Position numbers and translations under genes: made by a program
NCBI GenBank assembly: GCA_963693365.1
Contig: CAVNZM010000006.1
Span: forward strand, 7,295,264 to 7,359,263
Direction of reading: 5' to 3'
Source of the DNA: Amoebidium appalachense
Taxonomy: Eukaryota; Protista; Ichthyosporea
DNA length: 64,000 nucleotides
In this document: positions 62,401 through 64,000 of the stretch, piece after piece
How the letters are laid out: the number at the start of each line of letters is the position of its first letter
Numbering within the stretch: position 1 is the stretch's first letter
Notes under the pieces: generated by a model
The model's database searches: none
What the model was told of the DNA's origin: nothing
Seen by the model: the letters and a program-made list of their open reading frames with translations, nothing else

Positions 62401-64000
62401 GTGACTTCGACAAAACCCGACCGATAGCACTCTTGGAAACGGCACGGAAGCTGCTAGAATCGGTCATCAACCAGCGCCTACTCTCGATCTTCCGGCAGTA
62501 CCCCACCCTCCTCCCGGGGGGGAATTTTGGGTTCGTGCCGGGCCCGGGTATCGACGGGGCGCTGGCTATCATCCGAGAGACGATAGAGGATGCCATAGAC
62601 CACGACCAGGAACTATGGATCGTCCAACAGGACATTAAGAGGGCATATGACACGGTGTCTTGGCCCTCGGTGGAACTGGGGCTCACCCGCCTGGGCACAG
62701 ACCCCCAGCTAATCACCCTCCTCCGGCACATGTGGCACAGTCGTACGGCCACGGTGTGCACAGACCAGGGGCACACTGAGTCTTTCCCTGTTGAAAACGG
62801 CCTGGCCCAAGGGGCTGTCCTCTCCCCCATTCTGTGGATTATTTTCTACGATCCAGTTTTAACAGCCATCAAAAGGCACGGCAAGGGGTACACTTTCCAC
62901 CTACCCCCACAGACACAGCACCACACACCGGCACAAACACCCCCGTGTGTGACGTCTGTAGCTTTCGCCGACGACACAACATGGTTTGGCCCCAACAAGG
63001 AGAGCATCCAGCAAACTCTCGATTTATCTGCCCCCTTTTTTTATTACCATGACTTGGAACCACACCCAGACAAGTTTTCAGTCCTCGCCCGTGGTACCCC
63101 AACACGGGCAACAGTGGCCCCCATGCAGTACCGCAAATCCCCGGGAGCACCACCCCTACCCATTCAGATCGAGCTCCCCGATGCAAACATCAGAGTGCTA
63201 GGGGTCAACATCACCCTCCAACGACACACCCGGCCCAACGATGGGAAGGCCATGCAGCTGACATTACGGGCCACCACCATACTAGCCCGTAAAATGCTGG
63301 CACCCAGCCAAGTGATCTACGTAGCCAACAGTGTGGTGGCCCCGGCCATCCTCTTCCTCCTCAAAGGGTCAGTCATCAGCAACACCACCATGCAGGCAAT
63401 CGACAGCAAGTGGAGAGACCTACTCCGTCGGAAGTGTGGTTTCCACCGGAGCACCCCGTCCGGGCTGCTACACCATCCCACTCTAGGGGGACTGGCCAGC
63501 ATCGTCGAATCAGCAGCCAGCACCATGGTTACGGAGCTGTGTGCCCTGCTGGAAACACCAGGACCAGCAGGGGACGTGGTCCGGTACCGAGCCTGGCAGC
63601 AGCAACACGTGACAGGCCTACCCTACCCACCCCTGCAAGCACCCCCAGCCAAACTTTACAGGCTAGGGGGAAAGCAGCTCCACAACTATTGGGCCCATAT
63701 CACGGGGATCCTTCACGAGCGGCACCTGAGTATTGGGGAAACCCCTCCCCAAAAAAACACAAGCACCCCCCACCCCACCCCCCCCTCCCCCCAAGGAGAA
63801 GGAGGGGGAAGCAGCAACAACAACCAGCACCCCTATCAACACCGTTTTCCCGGACCACACCTTTGCGGCCCACATCGGCCCCCACACACACCCCCGTCAA
63901 CTCTACACGGTGGAGGACACCATGGTACGGCCGGGGGTGTTCCGGGCGTTCCCCGAACTGCCCCACCCCCCAGACCTACTACACCCGGGAGCTACACAGT
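56415..64000 (+). CDS. ORF2 C-terminal part: Gln/Pro-rich repeat plus non-LTR reverse transcriptase (missing from the ORF track because it runs off the window)
   Basis: The frame with codons at positions divisible by 3 reads ..WEATMREQLQLYRSQLRRKR..LSSILDR..KAPGPTEIQYE..TRPIALLETARKLL..NFGFVPG..WIVQQDIKRAYDTV..GLAQGAVLSPILWIIFYDPVL..AFADD (62964-62975)..IRVLGV. No stop was seen in this frame after 55952. Confidence 0.9.
56460..61760 (+). repeat. GC-rich coding minisatellite, ~216-bp unit with an 852-bp higher-order repeat
   Basis: Units such as cccagcacgggccacccagccgacagcaccaacaggagccacc recur about every 207-216 nt. Near-identical ORFs at 58267/59119 and 58921/59773 are offset by exactly 852. 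Confidence 0.95.

Larger units (their letters stand above)
46069..64000 (+). mobile_element. Large non-LTR (APE-type) retrotransposon, interrupted by a copia element; 3' end beyond the window
   Basis: ORF1 (CCHC), TAATG junction, then ORF2 (APE, repeat, RT). Removing the copia restores the ORF2 frame. The 5' boundary lies somewhere upstream of 46069 and is not defined. Confidence 0.85.

Overview
Eukaryotic genomic DNA with spliced genes whose introns are packed with (CA)n, (CT)n, (CCCT)n and poly-C/G tracts; most short ORFs in the track are translations of these repeats. From about 0.8 to 12 kb lie scattered exons of a damaged 2OG-Fe(II) oxygenase-like gene, whose 3' exons recur at 30-33 kb. 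The 12.5-41.5 kb region is a rearranged duplication block. It contains a decayed LINE RT fragment, two copies of an intronless secreted-protein gene, and a ~8 kb inverted duplication carrying a head-to-head pair of three-exon paralogues with mitochondrial-type presequences and coiled coils; each arm keeps a different member intact. The 43.3-64 kb region is a mobile-element complex. In order: a small hairpin array, a DIRS/Crypton-like tyrosine recombinase, a 771-aa CCHC ORF1, and a TAATG-coupled ORF2 (APE endonuclease, ~5.3 kb in-frame Gln/Pro-rich minisatellite, then a non-LTR RT running off the window end). A young full-length Ty1/copia element (708-bp LTRs, GAGCT target duplication) interrupts ORF2. 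All calls were made by eye with no database searches; homopolymer errors may explain some frameshifts.
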